Assembly (NCBI GenBank): GCA_051362555.1
Contig: CM120646.1
Coordinates: 6,262,001 to 6,326,000, forward strand
From: Lingula anatina
Lineage: Eukaryota; Animalia; Brachiopoda
Reading direction: 5' to 3'
Length of the DNA: 64,000 bases
A program made the translations under genes and the position numbers. Below the pieces are notes generated by a model. It ran no database searches and was not told the DNA's origin. It was given only the letters and a program-made list of their open reading frames with translations. Positions 13,964 to 26,693 of this stretch are shown piece by piece. Numbering within the stretch: the stretch's first letter is position 1; every line of letters starts with the position of its first letter.

Positions 13964-16900
13964 TCAGTCCGCTTTTAAAATTAGAAACACCAAACACAAC
14001 TGCTCTTCAATATGTCGTAACTGCTCATGCTGCTGAATCATCGAATTCAGGAGGTCCTGATGCTGCTGCAAAAGGAACAGGAGACATCTATCGGTAGAAA
14101 AATCCTCGTCTTCGCTCTAGAAAGATATGGTTATACACATGATCACTTTATATAATACAGCTAAAAACAAATCTTAGTCGTATGGTAGATTAAAAAACAG
14201 AAAAAAGTCTGTGGTCGTTATTAGTTGGACGATATTCATTCACAATTTACTCTATGTTTGTTTCGAGCTGTCTCTTTTTTATTATATGTATTCACTTAAC
14301 ATTTTTTGTGAAATATTAAAAATGGCGACAAGCATCAGCAGATAGAAAGAGAAGCAAGGCTGAGGTCACGAGTGTGGGCTACATTAACAGCAGTTTGTGA
14401 CCTTGCTGTCATTCTCGTTTCTTTAGTTAACTCACATGGCATAAACACATCTTAAAAGAGTTTTGGTTTGAATACACTTGTTTTTCAGTTGTTCTTTTAA
14501 TTGGCGACGGATGAGATTTGTTTAACTTATGAGTAGACAGTCATGTTTATTGGAAAAATTTTACTAGATCACCCCTTACCGCGGTTTGGTTGGAATGTGT
14601 ATGAGGACTTGCATAGGTTGCGTCGTTCTCATCGGTCGTTGCCCCAGCTTTCGTACCCTGGTCAATATCTTTGGCGCACGTGCATGTGACCTGATGAAAC
14701 ACGGGGGATGAATTTCTTAATCTTTTTCACATAGCATGGCTATTCACTCAATATAGTATGCTATTCAAATGATTTCATGCATCTCACCTGTGTAGTAAGA
14801 GAATGTATATTGTGTAACATTATATAAGTATATTTTTTTTCTCTCATTTATTTACTATCATTACTATCTTTCCATATGTATAATATATAGTAGGTAGAGA
14901 GCCTCTAAATATAAAAAACATTTCAGTGCTCAATAAATTATTATTATTATTATTATTATTATTTGTTGCTCTTGGCTTCTCGGCAAGACACTTTTTTGTA
15001 ATATATATATATATACATATATATATATATGTATATAAGAAATTTGTTATTTTTCCTTTAACGAGTACCGTTTTCAAAACTAGACTATCCCGAAGAAGTT
15101 CAAATAATTATTGTCACTTCCCGCAGAAAAAAAGCACGGTGCTTTTTAGGGGAGTATTTGCATTGCTTAAAAGGTAAAAATTTGTAATAAGACCTTTGTG
15201 CACTAGAAATATGGGGGTCAACTGCAAATTCTTCATTACCAATTCGCGTGAAGGTTGTTGTTTAACTAAATGGGAAATAAAATAAGATTTTCCCTTAAAC
15301 TATGTACTCACATTATGATGTCGTTGACAATTTTTATTTAAAAAGATAATTTCAGGAGACGAGGAAAGAAACATAAAGTACCACTTATTCGTTTCAATTC
15401 CGAATCCAGATTGAAATTTTAATGAAGATGTTAAATTCGATGTTCTTTCAGTTTATCACAGATAGAGAAAGTAAAGAGGGAATTTTTTTCAGGTGATTTC
15501 TGAGCATGGTGGTCTTAATATGCTAAATATGCCTGACTTAATAACATCGCTCAAATGTACTTGGTTAAGAAGAACTAACACACACACACACACACACACA
15601 GACACACACACAAACACACACACATATATATATTTTTTTCTTTTTTTATTCACGAAAATTAATACAGGACATTTACAACACAATGAGAGACAAAGACACC
15701 ATCCACACACCATTCACACACTGCAAAAAAGTTCTTACAAATGTTGATTAAAAATACATGTAGAATTTTTAAAATAAAAGAATCTTGGTAGGCCTAGGCT
15801 ATGACAAATGATCTTTTTTATTCATATAAATATTTTTCTATACTTTCCCATTTTATTCTTAGATCAACTGCCTTTTGAGGACTCAGTAGGTATAAAGACC
15901 GAAAATCTACTTTCTTTTGCTTTTCCAAATACTTTTTGCAGGCATTCCAGAGAGGTGTAATTTTATTCTGTCTACATAAAGTGAAATATTTCTTTATATG
16001 AAGAAGTAGTAGATTAATACCTAAGAGAGGGCTAACATCCAGGATTCCAAATATAAACAGACAAGGTTGTTGTTCTAATTTAACAGAGTACTGTGTACGT
16101 AGGTTTTGAATTTGAAGCAAATAGCTTGAACAATCCCAGAAAATATGCAATAAAGTTTCTTTTTGGTCATTACAGAAAAAGCATCGCTCATGTTCTAACA
16201 TATTATATTTAAAAAGCATCGAATTCGTGAAGTAAATTCTATGTAAAATTCCAAATTGCAATGTGAGTAGTTTATGATCATTTGTTTCTCGAAAGGGCAA
16301 AGCATGAACTAACTTCCACTTTTCAAGAGCTAACATAAATGTTCCAAGTCTTCAAGCTTTATTTTGTTGTGATATATTAAAGTACATGTTCAATTTCGGA
16401 AACACTTACTAAAACCCCATTCCCAGAGAGTAGATCGATCCAAACTAGATCGACCTAACTCCCTGGGGGTTCACGCTAAATAGCTGTCAGCCGAGCGGGC
16501 ACGAAAGTTAATTACCCCCTCACAGTTTGTAGTAGGCGGGACGGACATTTAAGCCGGATTATCTGACAGTAATCTAGTAAGACTCCCCACGGGGATAGAT
16601 CGATCTAAAATCTATGGGAATACGCAAACTTATTAAGGACTGCAGTAACTACTTTTGGAAAGATATTATCCCTCAGAAAAACGTAAAAACATGCCTTTAT
16701 AATAAAAAGAGCATAATCCCACTGGAGCCCATATGGTATAATTATAACTTGTGTTGGGTGTAATCCCGAGTTTATTAAGCACTGGTATACCAAAGGTGTA
16801 AAAATTGTTGGAGATTTTTTCGACGAAGATAGGATCTTATCTAAGAAGGAATTTGAAAATAAATTTACATTACAAAACTGCAGTGAACTCAGATTCTGTG

Positions 16901-17833
16901 GTATACGAAACTCTATTAAGCACAGGACCAGAAACAAAACACAAACTGTTATTATTGAGAATACCCCCTGTCTATTTACCCCACAATCTGTAGAACTACT
17001 CCTTTAAAACAGAAAGAGAGGCAAAGACATTTACCAATCTCTAAAAACCGGCTAAGGATAGGAAAATTGAAAAAATGTGGAACTTAGAATTAAACAGTGA
17101 TAAAAAAGTGGAAAATTGTAATTAACAACTGTTTTAGGTCTACAAATGAAACCAAACTCCAATGGTGTCAGTATCGCATAAAACACAGAATCTTGTCGTT
17201 AAAATCATACTTAAAAACTATTGGTGTGGAGGAAGACGATGGCTGCTCATATTGTAGTGAAGGTAAGGAGAATATATCACATATTTTCTTTCATTGTGCA
17301 AGAAGTAAAGACATCTGGTCGGACTTAAAAATTATATCTTTACCAGAACGGGTAATGAGGTCATTTTTAACGAAGAAAATATCCTTTTTGGTTTTTCTTC
17401 TAACTTTTTTTAGTCCAGTAAACTTTATTATACTATCTACTAAATTTTATAGTTACCGTTGTACAAAAAGGAAAGAGAATATGCAGCTTTCGTCGCTTTT
17501 CAATTTTTTGAAAGAAAAATATATCATAGAGAGAAACATCTCATTAAAAAACCAAGACTTTACAAATTTTGTCAAAATATAGGGTATTTGGAGCAACCTT
17601 TTTTGGCCAAATTATTCTCGTGATTTTTTTTATTTATTTATTAATTTTAATTGTGTATATATATTAAATACTTTGATAACAAGCCTGCATATCATTGTGC
17701 AGTTTTAACTCTGGGGATATCTTAACATCTCACTGCTTACCGAACCAGGCGTCAGTGCATTATTGCCGCTTTCTTTTCCAGTTTCTTGTTCATTTTCTCC
17801 ACTTTCACGTAAATTTTGCTCGCCTTTTTCCAT
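13964..17833 (-). CDS. Uncharacterised small protein, paralog 3, 118 aa (intron 1 expanded by LINE remnants)
   Basis: Exons 17833-17741 (MEKGEQNLRESGENEQETGKESGNNALTPGS|GTAAGC), 14690-14580 (VTCTCAKDIDQGTKAGATTDENDATYASPHTHSNQTA|GTAAGG) and 14116-13964 (SEDEDFSTDRCLLFLLQQHQDLLNSMIQQHEQLRHIEEQLCLVFLILKAD*). Indels relative to paralog 2 are 6 nt and keep frame. Confidence 0.78.
15630..16400 (-). mobile_element. 3' end of a second L1/Tx1-clade LINE, antisense, nested in the first
   Basis: ORF 15818-16336 has LQFGILHRI and the CFFC..ETLLHIFWDC zinc knuckle. AATAAA and an A-rich tail at ~15650-15632 run into (TA)(TG)n. Confidence 0.8.
16414..16621. mobile_element. MITE related to the 6182/36570 family
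   Basis: CCCCATTCCC..TAGATCGATCC and GATAGATCGATCTAAAATCTATGGGAAT ends, with the shared internal AATTACCCCCT motif. Confidence 0.55.
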
Positions 17834-18136
17834 CCTCTGGTTATCTCTGCTATTTCACAGGCAGGCCTTTTTCACACGCTGTTAAGCGAAGGTTGCATGA
17901 GTTGTGAGCAGGTTACCCCTCCAGCGCTTTCTGCGAAAAATACCGTAGTCTTCACATACTAGTAGTGCAAAAAGGTCGCATCACTGTCTTTGTTTTGTGG
18001 TCATTCACCCGTCGACGCGGTGCACTCCGTTTCTGTAGCATGTCACTGTGACCTTAATGTGGCACAGGTTCTTAAGTATATCTAAATCGTTTTCTTCGTG
18101 TCGTGAAAAATTCAATTCGTCTAGGGCCATTGATGT

Positions 18137-18417
18137 CAAAGGTGGATCCAGGGTTATTTGTTGGGGTGGGAGGGTCCGTGGATGCGAAGCCGACCCTCCC
18201 CCCTCCCTTGGTGTGGGATTCGGGGCCCGTTGAAGGGACCCGAAAATGTTGACATTTTAGAGGGCGAACAGCGCCATTTGGTACGGTTTAGAACTATTAT
18301 TCAGCTAGTCAAAATTATAATTTCAAGAGGGGACCATTGGTGTGAATTTTTCAGAAATCGAAAGGGAAGGGGGGTCAGGAGCCCCCTGACCTCCCTCCCC
18401 CCCTAAATCCGCCACTG
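18137..18417. mobile_element. MITE (CA..GGTGGATCC / AATCCGCCACTG ends) with 5-bp TSD GATGT
   Basis: GATGT at 18132-36 and 18418-22. The empty site is seen in the paralogous region at ~12121-12135. Relatives lie at 28858-29201 and 34747-34828. Confidence 0.8.
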
Positions 18418-21400
18418 GATGTGGCTTGTATGACTGAGTACAACTTATTGTCCTTAATGTGCGTATTTTTATGGCATTCGCGTTATTTGATCATAATTAA
18501 TTATACTTTTGATGCTGATTAAACCGCCCTGAGGTGTTTGCACGACCGGTGTAACATGAATATCTGACTCCCATAAAAATCTGACTCTCCCAGTCAAAAT
18601 TTCATAATGAAAATTTGACTCCCCCCATGAAATTTTGACTCCCCCCACAAAACTTCATAAATCTTTTATTTGCGTATATGACTTTTATGTTGTAGTATGC
18701 ATAATGGAGGATACATTGGCATTTTTTGTTAGTTTGCAGGTGAAATTTTTTATGAGAAAATAAGAAAATTAAAAATGTGTATTCTACATTCTAGTGGAAT
18801 GCAAAGGTTAAATAGAGTTCATTATATTTCTGTGAGTTGTTTACAATGTAGGCCTATTTATTGAAAAATATGGATCTAATGAAGAGCTATTATCCCTTAA
18901 AAACATTAGCTAACTTTGAATGTCGGCACGGAGTCATTAAGCACTGATAAGCATTGAAAAATCGTTCCCGTTTTATGATACTTAATTTCCCCGCCAAAGT
19001 TATTTTTCCTTTAAACTGTTGACCCAAAATGTCACGTTGACCTAGGTTCTGCTAGCTAGATTGACCCATGAAAGCAGCATTGTGAGATCTACCGGTACGT
19101 CTGCAAATGTTACTGGAAGTTATGATACGTGTGCGAGGCAGACACAAGTCAAGGGCTTTCGGGGTTTTTTTTGTAATAAAGTTAGTATATTTCACAGAAG
19201 AATTTAAGCTTGATTTAGTGCCTTGCTGTAAACATAGTAAAGCCTATTGGCGTCAAACTAGGAGAAGAAGGACGGATGAAATGGGAACAAACCACGCGAA
19301 GGACGTATTACTTGTATAGAGTTACAATGTAACCAGTGCAGTTATGCAGACAACACTTGGACAACACTTGGAGCGTTTTGCCCTCCCAAATCTCCCCGCC
19401 ATCTTTTTCCCTCTTTCCCTTCTCTTTTTTCATGATCACTGCAGATGTTCAACAGGTAAATACAACCAAATAACCATAGCGTGACCTTTGCCCGAAACAT
19501 CTTTTTTCGGGTAGATGTTCTTATTTATCTTTTCTAAACCTGTTCGTGTCGAATTTGTGCGCTTGACCTGATGCTTTGACGAATCTGATCAACGAATTCA
19601 AGTATTTTGATCATTCATAATGCAAATAAAAGCTTGCGCCAAAACACTTCACTTCTAGTTTATCAAGGCGTTTATCATTTTCCTTTTTCATGGATTGGTG
19701 AATAGACTTATTTTGACTTTTCAAAACATTCTTGCCCTCAAAAAGTCTATATAAATAACAATTTAGTGAAAAAAGCATTTGCTTTTAATTGGCACTAGTG
19801 TGATACGCAGGGTGTAACGTACTTGGGCCTAGTTTTCTTATTTGATTTGATAGGTGATCCCCCTTTTTATGTACAGACACAGATGTGTCTGTACATATAG
19901 CCATCATCTGCGTCTGTCGTCGCCGTCGTCGCCGTCGTGCACTTTTACCGATAACACGATAAGTGGAACACCGTTTTTGCTTTTGGCTTGAAACTTACAG
20001 AACTGGTGAATATTCCTAATACGCAGGTCAAGTTCGAAAATCAGCATGATCGGGCCATTTTTAGGGAAGTTATGCTGTTTTTTTCACTTTTTTCAGCATA
20101 TGTGCAGCACCGATAACACGATAAGTGGAAAACCATTTTACTTTTTGGCTTGAAACTTACAAAACTGATGAATATTCATAATCCGCAGGTCAAGTTCGAA
20201 AATCAGCATGATCGGGTCATTTGTAGGGAAGTTACGCTGTTTTTTCACTTTTCTCAGCATATATGCAACACTGATAACACGATAAGTGAAATAACATTTT
20301 ACCTTTTGACTTAAAACTAACAGAACTGATGGATATTCATAATACACAGGTCAAGTTCGAAAATCAGCATGATCGGGCCTTTATTTTAGAAGTTATGCTG
20401 TTTTTTCACATTTCCTCAGATTCAATTATTAGGCATGTGAACAGTCTCATTATTTAACTAATAAGATACGTAAAAGTGTTTGTTTGATATTTCCTGCATC
20501 TTTACAACATTGTTAATTGATTGTGTAAAAATGATGGTAAACTTAATATCGTGTATTGTGTAATAAAGTGTCAAAAATGGTAATAAACTCATCATTGCAG
20601 TTTGTCAGATTCAATCATCCACTATGTTCAGAATCTCAGAATGGAGGAAATTGGACATTAAACACTGTTCTATTGATATTTTTCCCATCTCATCAATTTT
20701 CTTAGTTGGTCATATAAAAATGGCAACAAACTGTTTATTTTGTTTTATGTTAAAAAAATGTTAAAAATGGAAATAAACCCATTTCAGAACAGTGCTGTCT
20801 TGTTTACATTTTGGCAGTTTTAAGATGTAACTTTGAAGTTTCATGAGCTTGCAGACCTTTGCTTATCACATTTTCTGAATATCCATGATACTAATATTTT
20901 ATGATTAAAAATTGATGGTCATTATGCTGTTAAACATTATGTAATATTGCATCAAAATTTGAAGAAACCCCTATTTTGGGCACTGCTCCCATGATGACCA
21001 TTTAAGAAAAACCATGTCACTTACTGTTTTCAAACTTTCAGGAAAGAAACATAGGGCTAAAATACAGCTTCAGTAGGCAATGCAGTCTGTTTGTTAATTT
21101 TTTCTGGCAGTTAAACAGTTTTTTGTGAAAATTTAATTTTTCACATATTGGCATTTTCAAGGTGTGACTTTGAAGTTCCATGAGCCTGCAGACCTTTGCT
21201 AGTCACGTTTTCTGAATGTTCATGTTACTAATATTCTATTATTAAAAATTAATGGTCATTATGCTGTTAAACATTATGTAATATTGCATCAAAATTTGAA
21301 GAAACCCCTATTTTGGGCACTGCTCCCATGATGACCATTTAAGAAAAACCATGTCACTTACTGTTTTCAAACTTACAGGAAAGAAACATGGGTCTAAAAT

Positions 21401-22556
21401 ACAGCTTCAGTTGGCAATGCAGTCTGTTTGGTAATTTTTTCTGGCAGTTAAACAGTTTTTTGTGAAAATTTAATTTTCCACTTATTGGCATTTTCAAGGT
21501 GTGACTTTGAAGTTCCATGATCCTGAAGACCTTTGCTTGTCACGTTTTCTGAATGTCCATGTTACTAATATTCTATTATTAAAAATTGATGGTCATTATG
21601 CTGTTAAGCATTATGTAATATTGCATCAAAATAGAAGAAAACACAATTTTTGGTGCTGCTGCTATGATGAGCATTATGGGAAAACCGTGTTATGACTGTC
21701 AAACCTTTAAAAAAGAAACACAGGACTAAAATGCAGAATGAGTTGGAAAAGCAGTCTAATTGGCTTCTTTTTCTGGAAGTTATACATTTGAGTGAAATAT
21801 TCATTATCTTTTTGGCATATTCATTGTGGGACTCGGAGCTCCCATGGACATGAAGCCGAATGGTAATCAAATTATCTACATGTCCATGCTATTTATTGTC
21901 AATAATCAAAGATTGGTGATAATTATTCTATAATTTATTATGTAATGTTACATCAAAATTGACAACAATATTTTTGCATTGCTACTGCAAACATTATGAA
22001 AAGAAAACTGTGTTACTTATTATTATTTTTAACTTACAAGTATGATTTTTAGGATTGGCATGCAGTTCAAATTAGAAAGCCAGGTCAATAGGATTATCAT
22101 TTATTATTGAATTTATGCAATTTTGTGTGAAATTTTCATTTTTCTCATTTTGGCACTTTCTAAGTATAAACTTGAACTCTGATGGGCCTGAAGCCTTATG
22201 CTTTTACTTTCGTCGTTGTTACCTGTTGTGCATAATTAAAATTTGATGTTGACTGTGCAGTAAAACATAATGTATTATTGCATCAGAATTGGTAGTCTCC
22301 TATTTTGTGCATTATTGTTTTGTGCTTTTCTTAAGATGTGACTTATGGGCCTGAAAGACCTTTGAGAGGGTCAGTCTGTTAATATCCCTTGGGTATCACT
22401 TAGCTAATTTCTGAGTTATAAAGTCATTTGCCTAATTGATAGGCCATTAAAGGAGATTACATAAAGCACACTTGTTGATATTTCCTTGTAAACTCCCAAA
22501 AGTTAAGCTCTCTGCTAGATTAATAATAAACAAGCAGTGATAATTATGCAGGTTAT

Positions 22557-22560
<4 letters not shown>

Positions 22561-22646
<86 letters not shown>
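22561..22646. repeat. (TA)n microsatellite
   Basis: Direct inspection. Confidence 0.9.
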
Positions 22647-22648
<2 letters not shown>

Positions 22649-22689
22649 CAAAGATTAAAAGTTTGAATAGCAGCTTCATTGAAATTATA

Positions 22690-22924
22690 TTTACCTCAGG
22701 CTCTGCCTAGGAGGTTATATTTTCACCCCTGTTTGTCTGTCATCAACATAACTCAAAAAGTTATGGACCGATTCTGCTGAAATTTTCAGGAACTGTCAGA
22801 ATTGGACCAAAGAAGACAATGATTAGTTTTTAGTGGTGGTCTGGCTCAATAATCAATCAATAATCAACAATAATCAACAATTGCTGCCTTGGCAGAGGTC
22901 TGCACTCTCGGTGGTTTTCTAGTT
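22690..22924 (+). mobile_element. Short HINE-type element nested in family A
   Basis: TTACCTC..CTGCC(T)AGGAGGTTAT 5' stem, GTTTGTCTGT, 3' CCTTGGCAGAGGT subTIR and a terminal TTCTAGTT. Confidence 0.65.
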
Positions 22925-23477
22925 TTGTTATGTTTTCCTTTACAATTTTTTCTCAAACACTTGCATTTGTGACTTTTAACTCTCACCCGCTCGAGGCTCT
23001 GCACCTTTTTCTGTATTTCCACATAAGCAATTGTATTTTTTTATGTCTTTGAACATTATTTAAAATTATTTTATGCACTGTCATCATTTTTCAAATATTG
23101 AGACTTTCATCATGTGACTATAGTCTCTCATGGTCCTGAAACTGTAATCTTATCGAAGGGGTGGATTGAGACCATCTTCTGGGTCTTCTTGAAGACAGGT
23201 TATTAAGTTTATATTGACTGTTATCTATTTTTTCTGTTGGAAGACCATCAAAATGGAGGATGGATCAACATAGATACTTTGGAATACTGTCAGAAAATAT
23301 CTCAGGGTCTGCTCCTGTTATTGACCATGTTACCTGTTGTGCATGATTAAAATTCAGTGTTGACTGACAGTGCTATTATAAGCATTATTTATTATTGCAT
23401 CAAAATTGACAAAATGACCTTTTTTTGCATCTTTATTTTCTGTTTTTTGTCTGTACATTTGACAGCTTTGCTGCCTT

Positions 23478-23528
<51 letters not shown>

Positions 23529-24212
23529 AAAATTCTAATGTACTTAGATGTCTTTTCACGTTTGAACGTAAGACCATCATGAAAAATAACCATTTTGTAA
23601 AAGGACACCTCTTTTCCCCATTAACTTGAAGGGGTACTAGTGCGCTTTGCCTTAGTTCTCTTATTTGGTTTGTGAACCCCATGTTTGTTTTTTCAACGTC
23701 CTTAGATGTCTCTTCAAAAAATAAAAATAAAAAAATTCGTAAATTCGAATGTTAGAACTTGCTGATATCGATCTACCTTCAAACGACCTTTAACCGTCTT
23801 CAAATCTCCCCGAAATCTCTCACTCCTTACTATTTTTTTCCCTTCTGACGATCAACGGGTAACCGTCAACTGGAATCAGACATCACACACTTAAAAATGC
23901 GAGTAGTTTGAACAGTTCCTCACACTCGCATAACTCTAGTCGACCGATGAAGAGTGATGAAGACCAAGAGAGAGACGGCTCGACTATTAGGACCGCCTGA
24001 CACCATCTTGCAACCTCAGGGCGACTCTCTGCTACTGTTGGTGAGGGTATACCAAAAGAATCGTTGTCAGAGCGGTCGCAGGTCCGGTATAAACGGAATA
24101 AAGGTTAACTTTGCTGGTCTTGTATAAACGGGAATATGTGGCGAAAGAAGATAGAAAACGACAGAGTAAGGATTTGAATTTTCTAGCTAGCAGCGGTCGT
24201 ACAAACGGCTAA

Positions 24213-24815
24213 TGCCCCTATAAGGCCCCTATTTCACACAGACCACGAATCCCACGAATCGCCAGGAATTGACAAATTTCACGATTCGTGGTTGAATCGT
24301 AATCAGTTCTTGCAATTCTTGATCAATCGGGAATTCGTGGCAAAAAATTTGAGCTGTTCAAAGTCTTGGCCACGAACTCCCGATTCCAAAAAATCGTAGT
24401 GAATTTCTGGACAATATTCGTGCTATTCCAGCCGAATTCCACGAATATTCGTAACACTATCGCACCTGTATCGTAACTGAATCGTAGAACGTGTCGAATT
24501 AGACCAGGAAATTGGCAAAATCTCACGAATCCTCACGAATTCCACGAAAATTCGTACCACTATCGCACCTGTATCGTAACTGAATCGTGAGCGTGTGGAA
24601 TTAGACCAGAAAATTGACAAAATCTCACGAATCCTCACGAATCCTGAATTCATGGTTGAATCGTAATCAGCTCGTGAAGTTCTGGATTCGTGGTCTGTGT
24701 GAAATAGGGGCCTTAGACCAATAAATTGGCAAAATCTCACGAATCCTCACGAATCCAGAAATTTGTCAATTCCTGGCGATTTGTGGGATTCCTGGTCTGT
24801 GTGAAATAGGGGCAC
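24213..24815. mobile_element. PIF/Harbinger-like MITE with doubled ends (copy nested in a copy)
   Basis: Inner TIRs GGCCCCTATTTCACACAGACCACGAATCC at 24224 and 24712. Outer ends TGCCCCTA (24213) and ...GAAATAGGGGCAC (24815) are flanked by TAA/TAA. Internal repeats are rich in CACGAAT. The element is absent at the paralogous site (~12400-12430). Confidence 0.8.
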
Positions 24816-25218
24816 TAAACAGCATCAAAAGCAGATGCATGTAGACTTAAATAATGCGAATGACATAAAAACGTTCACATTAAGGACAATAGGTTGTACT
24901 CAGTCATGCAAACCGCATCAATGGCCCTAGACGGATTTAAGCCTTCGTGGCACGAAAAAAACTACTTAGATCTACTAGAGAACTCGTGTGCATATGATGC
25001 GATCGTTCACCCAGGCAACCGTCGACGCGGTGCCCTATGTTTCTGTGACCTGGGTGAACGAGGGTGAACGACCGCAAAACAAAAAGTAGGGTTGTATGTA
25101 AAGACTGCGGTATTTTCGCAAAAAGCGCCGGAGGGGTAGCCTGCTCTCGACGCGCACACCCTTCGCTTAACAACGAGTGGAAAGGGCCTACCTGTGAAAT
25201 AGCGGAGGTAACCAGAAA

Positions 25219-26693
25219 ATGGAAAAAGAGGAGCAAAGTTTCTGTGAAGGTGGAGAAAATGAACAAGAAACTGTAAAAGAAAGCGGCAATAATGCCCTGA
25301 CGCCTTGTTCGGTAAGCAATGATATGTTAATAAGTCCCCGGAGTTAAAACTGCACAATGATGTATTCAGGCTTGTTATTACAGTACAGTATATTTGTTTC
25401 CTCGTTCTGAAGGTTTCTCTTCAAATAGATATTGTCAGCGACATCATAGTGTGAGTACATAGTGTAAGAGAAAATCTTATGTTGTTTCCCATAACATTAA
25501 GCAACAACTTTTACGCAAATGTAATGAAGAGTTTGCGGTTGACCCCCATATTTCTAGTGCAAAACGGTTGCATTACAAACTTTTACCTTTTAAGCAATGC
25601 AAATACTACCCTAAACGCACTGCACTTTTTTCCTCGGGAAGTGACAAAGTATTGGCATGCAGTCTGGTCGAGACAAGTAAAGACGAATAAACTTCTTCAG
25701 GACAGTTTTGAAAAGCATACTCGTTGAAAGAAAAATAACAGTTTTTGTTCTTTCTTGTGAGAATAAAAAACATTCTAAATTAATTTCTTGGTAAATATCT
25801 TACAAGACAAGTGACTTGCTGACAAGCCCAGAGTCACAAATAATGTGAATTATATACTAAATTGAGTGTATAGAGAGAGTTCAGTGATGCGAAGCAAGTG
25901 ATAAAACACACAAGCAACGATTTTGACATTCAACCTTCGCGTTTCATTTCAGGTTAAATGCACATGCGACAAAGGCATGGACCAGGGTACGAAAGCTGGG
26001 GCAACGACCGATGAGAAAGACGCAACCTATGCAAATTTTCATACACATTCCAACCAAACCGAGGTAAGGGGTGATCTAGTAATTTTTTTCTTGTAAACAT
26101 GTCTGTCTAGTCATAAGTTAAACAAATTACATCTTCTGTCTCTGGACAGTTTAATGAACAACTGAAAAACAAGTGAATTAAAACCAAAGTTTTTTTTAAG
26201 GAACGTTTAAGCCATGTTTGTGAGAGATTATCGAGAATGACAGCGAAGTCATAAACTGCTGTGGAAGATGTAAACCCCATTCTTAACCCAGTATTTCTAT
26301 ACTTCCCATCTGCTGATCCTGGTCGTGATTTGAAATATTTCACAAAAATATAATAAAATAAAATAAAATGATGTTTTAAAAGAAAAAAGAGAGAAAACGA
26401 AACAAACGTAGAATAAATTGTGAATGAATATCGTCCAACTAATAACGACCAGAGACTTTTTTCTGTTTTTTAATCTACCATACGACTAAGATCTGTTTTT
26501 AGCTGTATTATATAAAGTGATCATGTGTATAACCATATCTTACTAGAGCGAAGACGAGGATTGGTCTACCGATAGATGTCTCCTGTTCCTTCTGCAGCAG
26601 CATCAGGACTTCTTGAACTCGATGATTCAGCAGCATGAGCAGTTACGACATATTGAAGAACAGCTGTGTTGGGTGTTTCAAAACTCGGGCTGA
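25219..26693 (+). CDS. Uncharacterised small protein, paralog 4, 116 aa
   Basis: Exons 25219-25311 (MEKEEQSFCEGGENEQETVKESGNNALTPCS|GTAAGC), 25953-26063 (ttcAG|VKCTCDKGMDQGTKAGATTDEKDATYANFHTHSNQTE|GTAAGG) and 26547-26693 (ctAG|SEDEDWSTDRCLLFLLQQHQDFLNSMIQQHEQLRHIEEQLCWVFQNSG*). AATAAA at ~26737. Confidence 0.8.

Larger units (their letters stand above)
15370..17610 (+). mobile_element. 5'-truncated, decayed L1/Tx1-clade LINE ORF2 3' region, interrupted by a second LINE and a MITE
   Basis: HLFVSIPNP and GGLNMLNMPDLITSLKCTWLRR at 15380-15575. PLEPIWYN at ~16720. ORF 17097-17582 carries the C-terminal zinc knuckle CSYC..ENISHIFFHC. Frameshifted. Confidence 0.8.
19864..23480 (+). mobile_element. 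Non-autonomous Helentron-associated (HINE/DINE-1-type) element, family A
   Basis: T-rich start, 5' subTIR plus inverted repeat ATGTACAGACAC..GTGTCTGTACAT, (GTC/GCC)n microsatellite, ~162-bp and ~337-bp internal tandem repeats, 3' subTIR TGTCTGTACAT, small hairpin CAGCTTTGCTG, then TTGTTT into poly-T. A second copy lies at 54649-56844. Confidence 0.8.

Noticed and set aside
18550-18660. Possible left end of a MULE-like element (GGTGTAACA plus TGACTCCC repeats)
   Set aside because: No matching right end or TSD found in the window.
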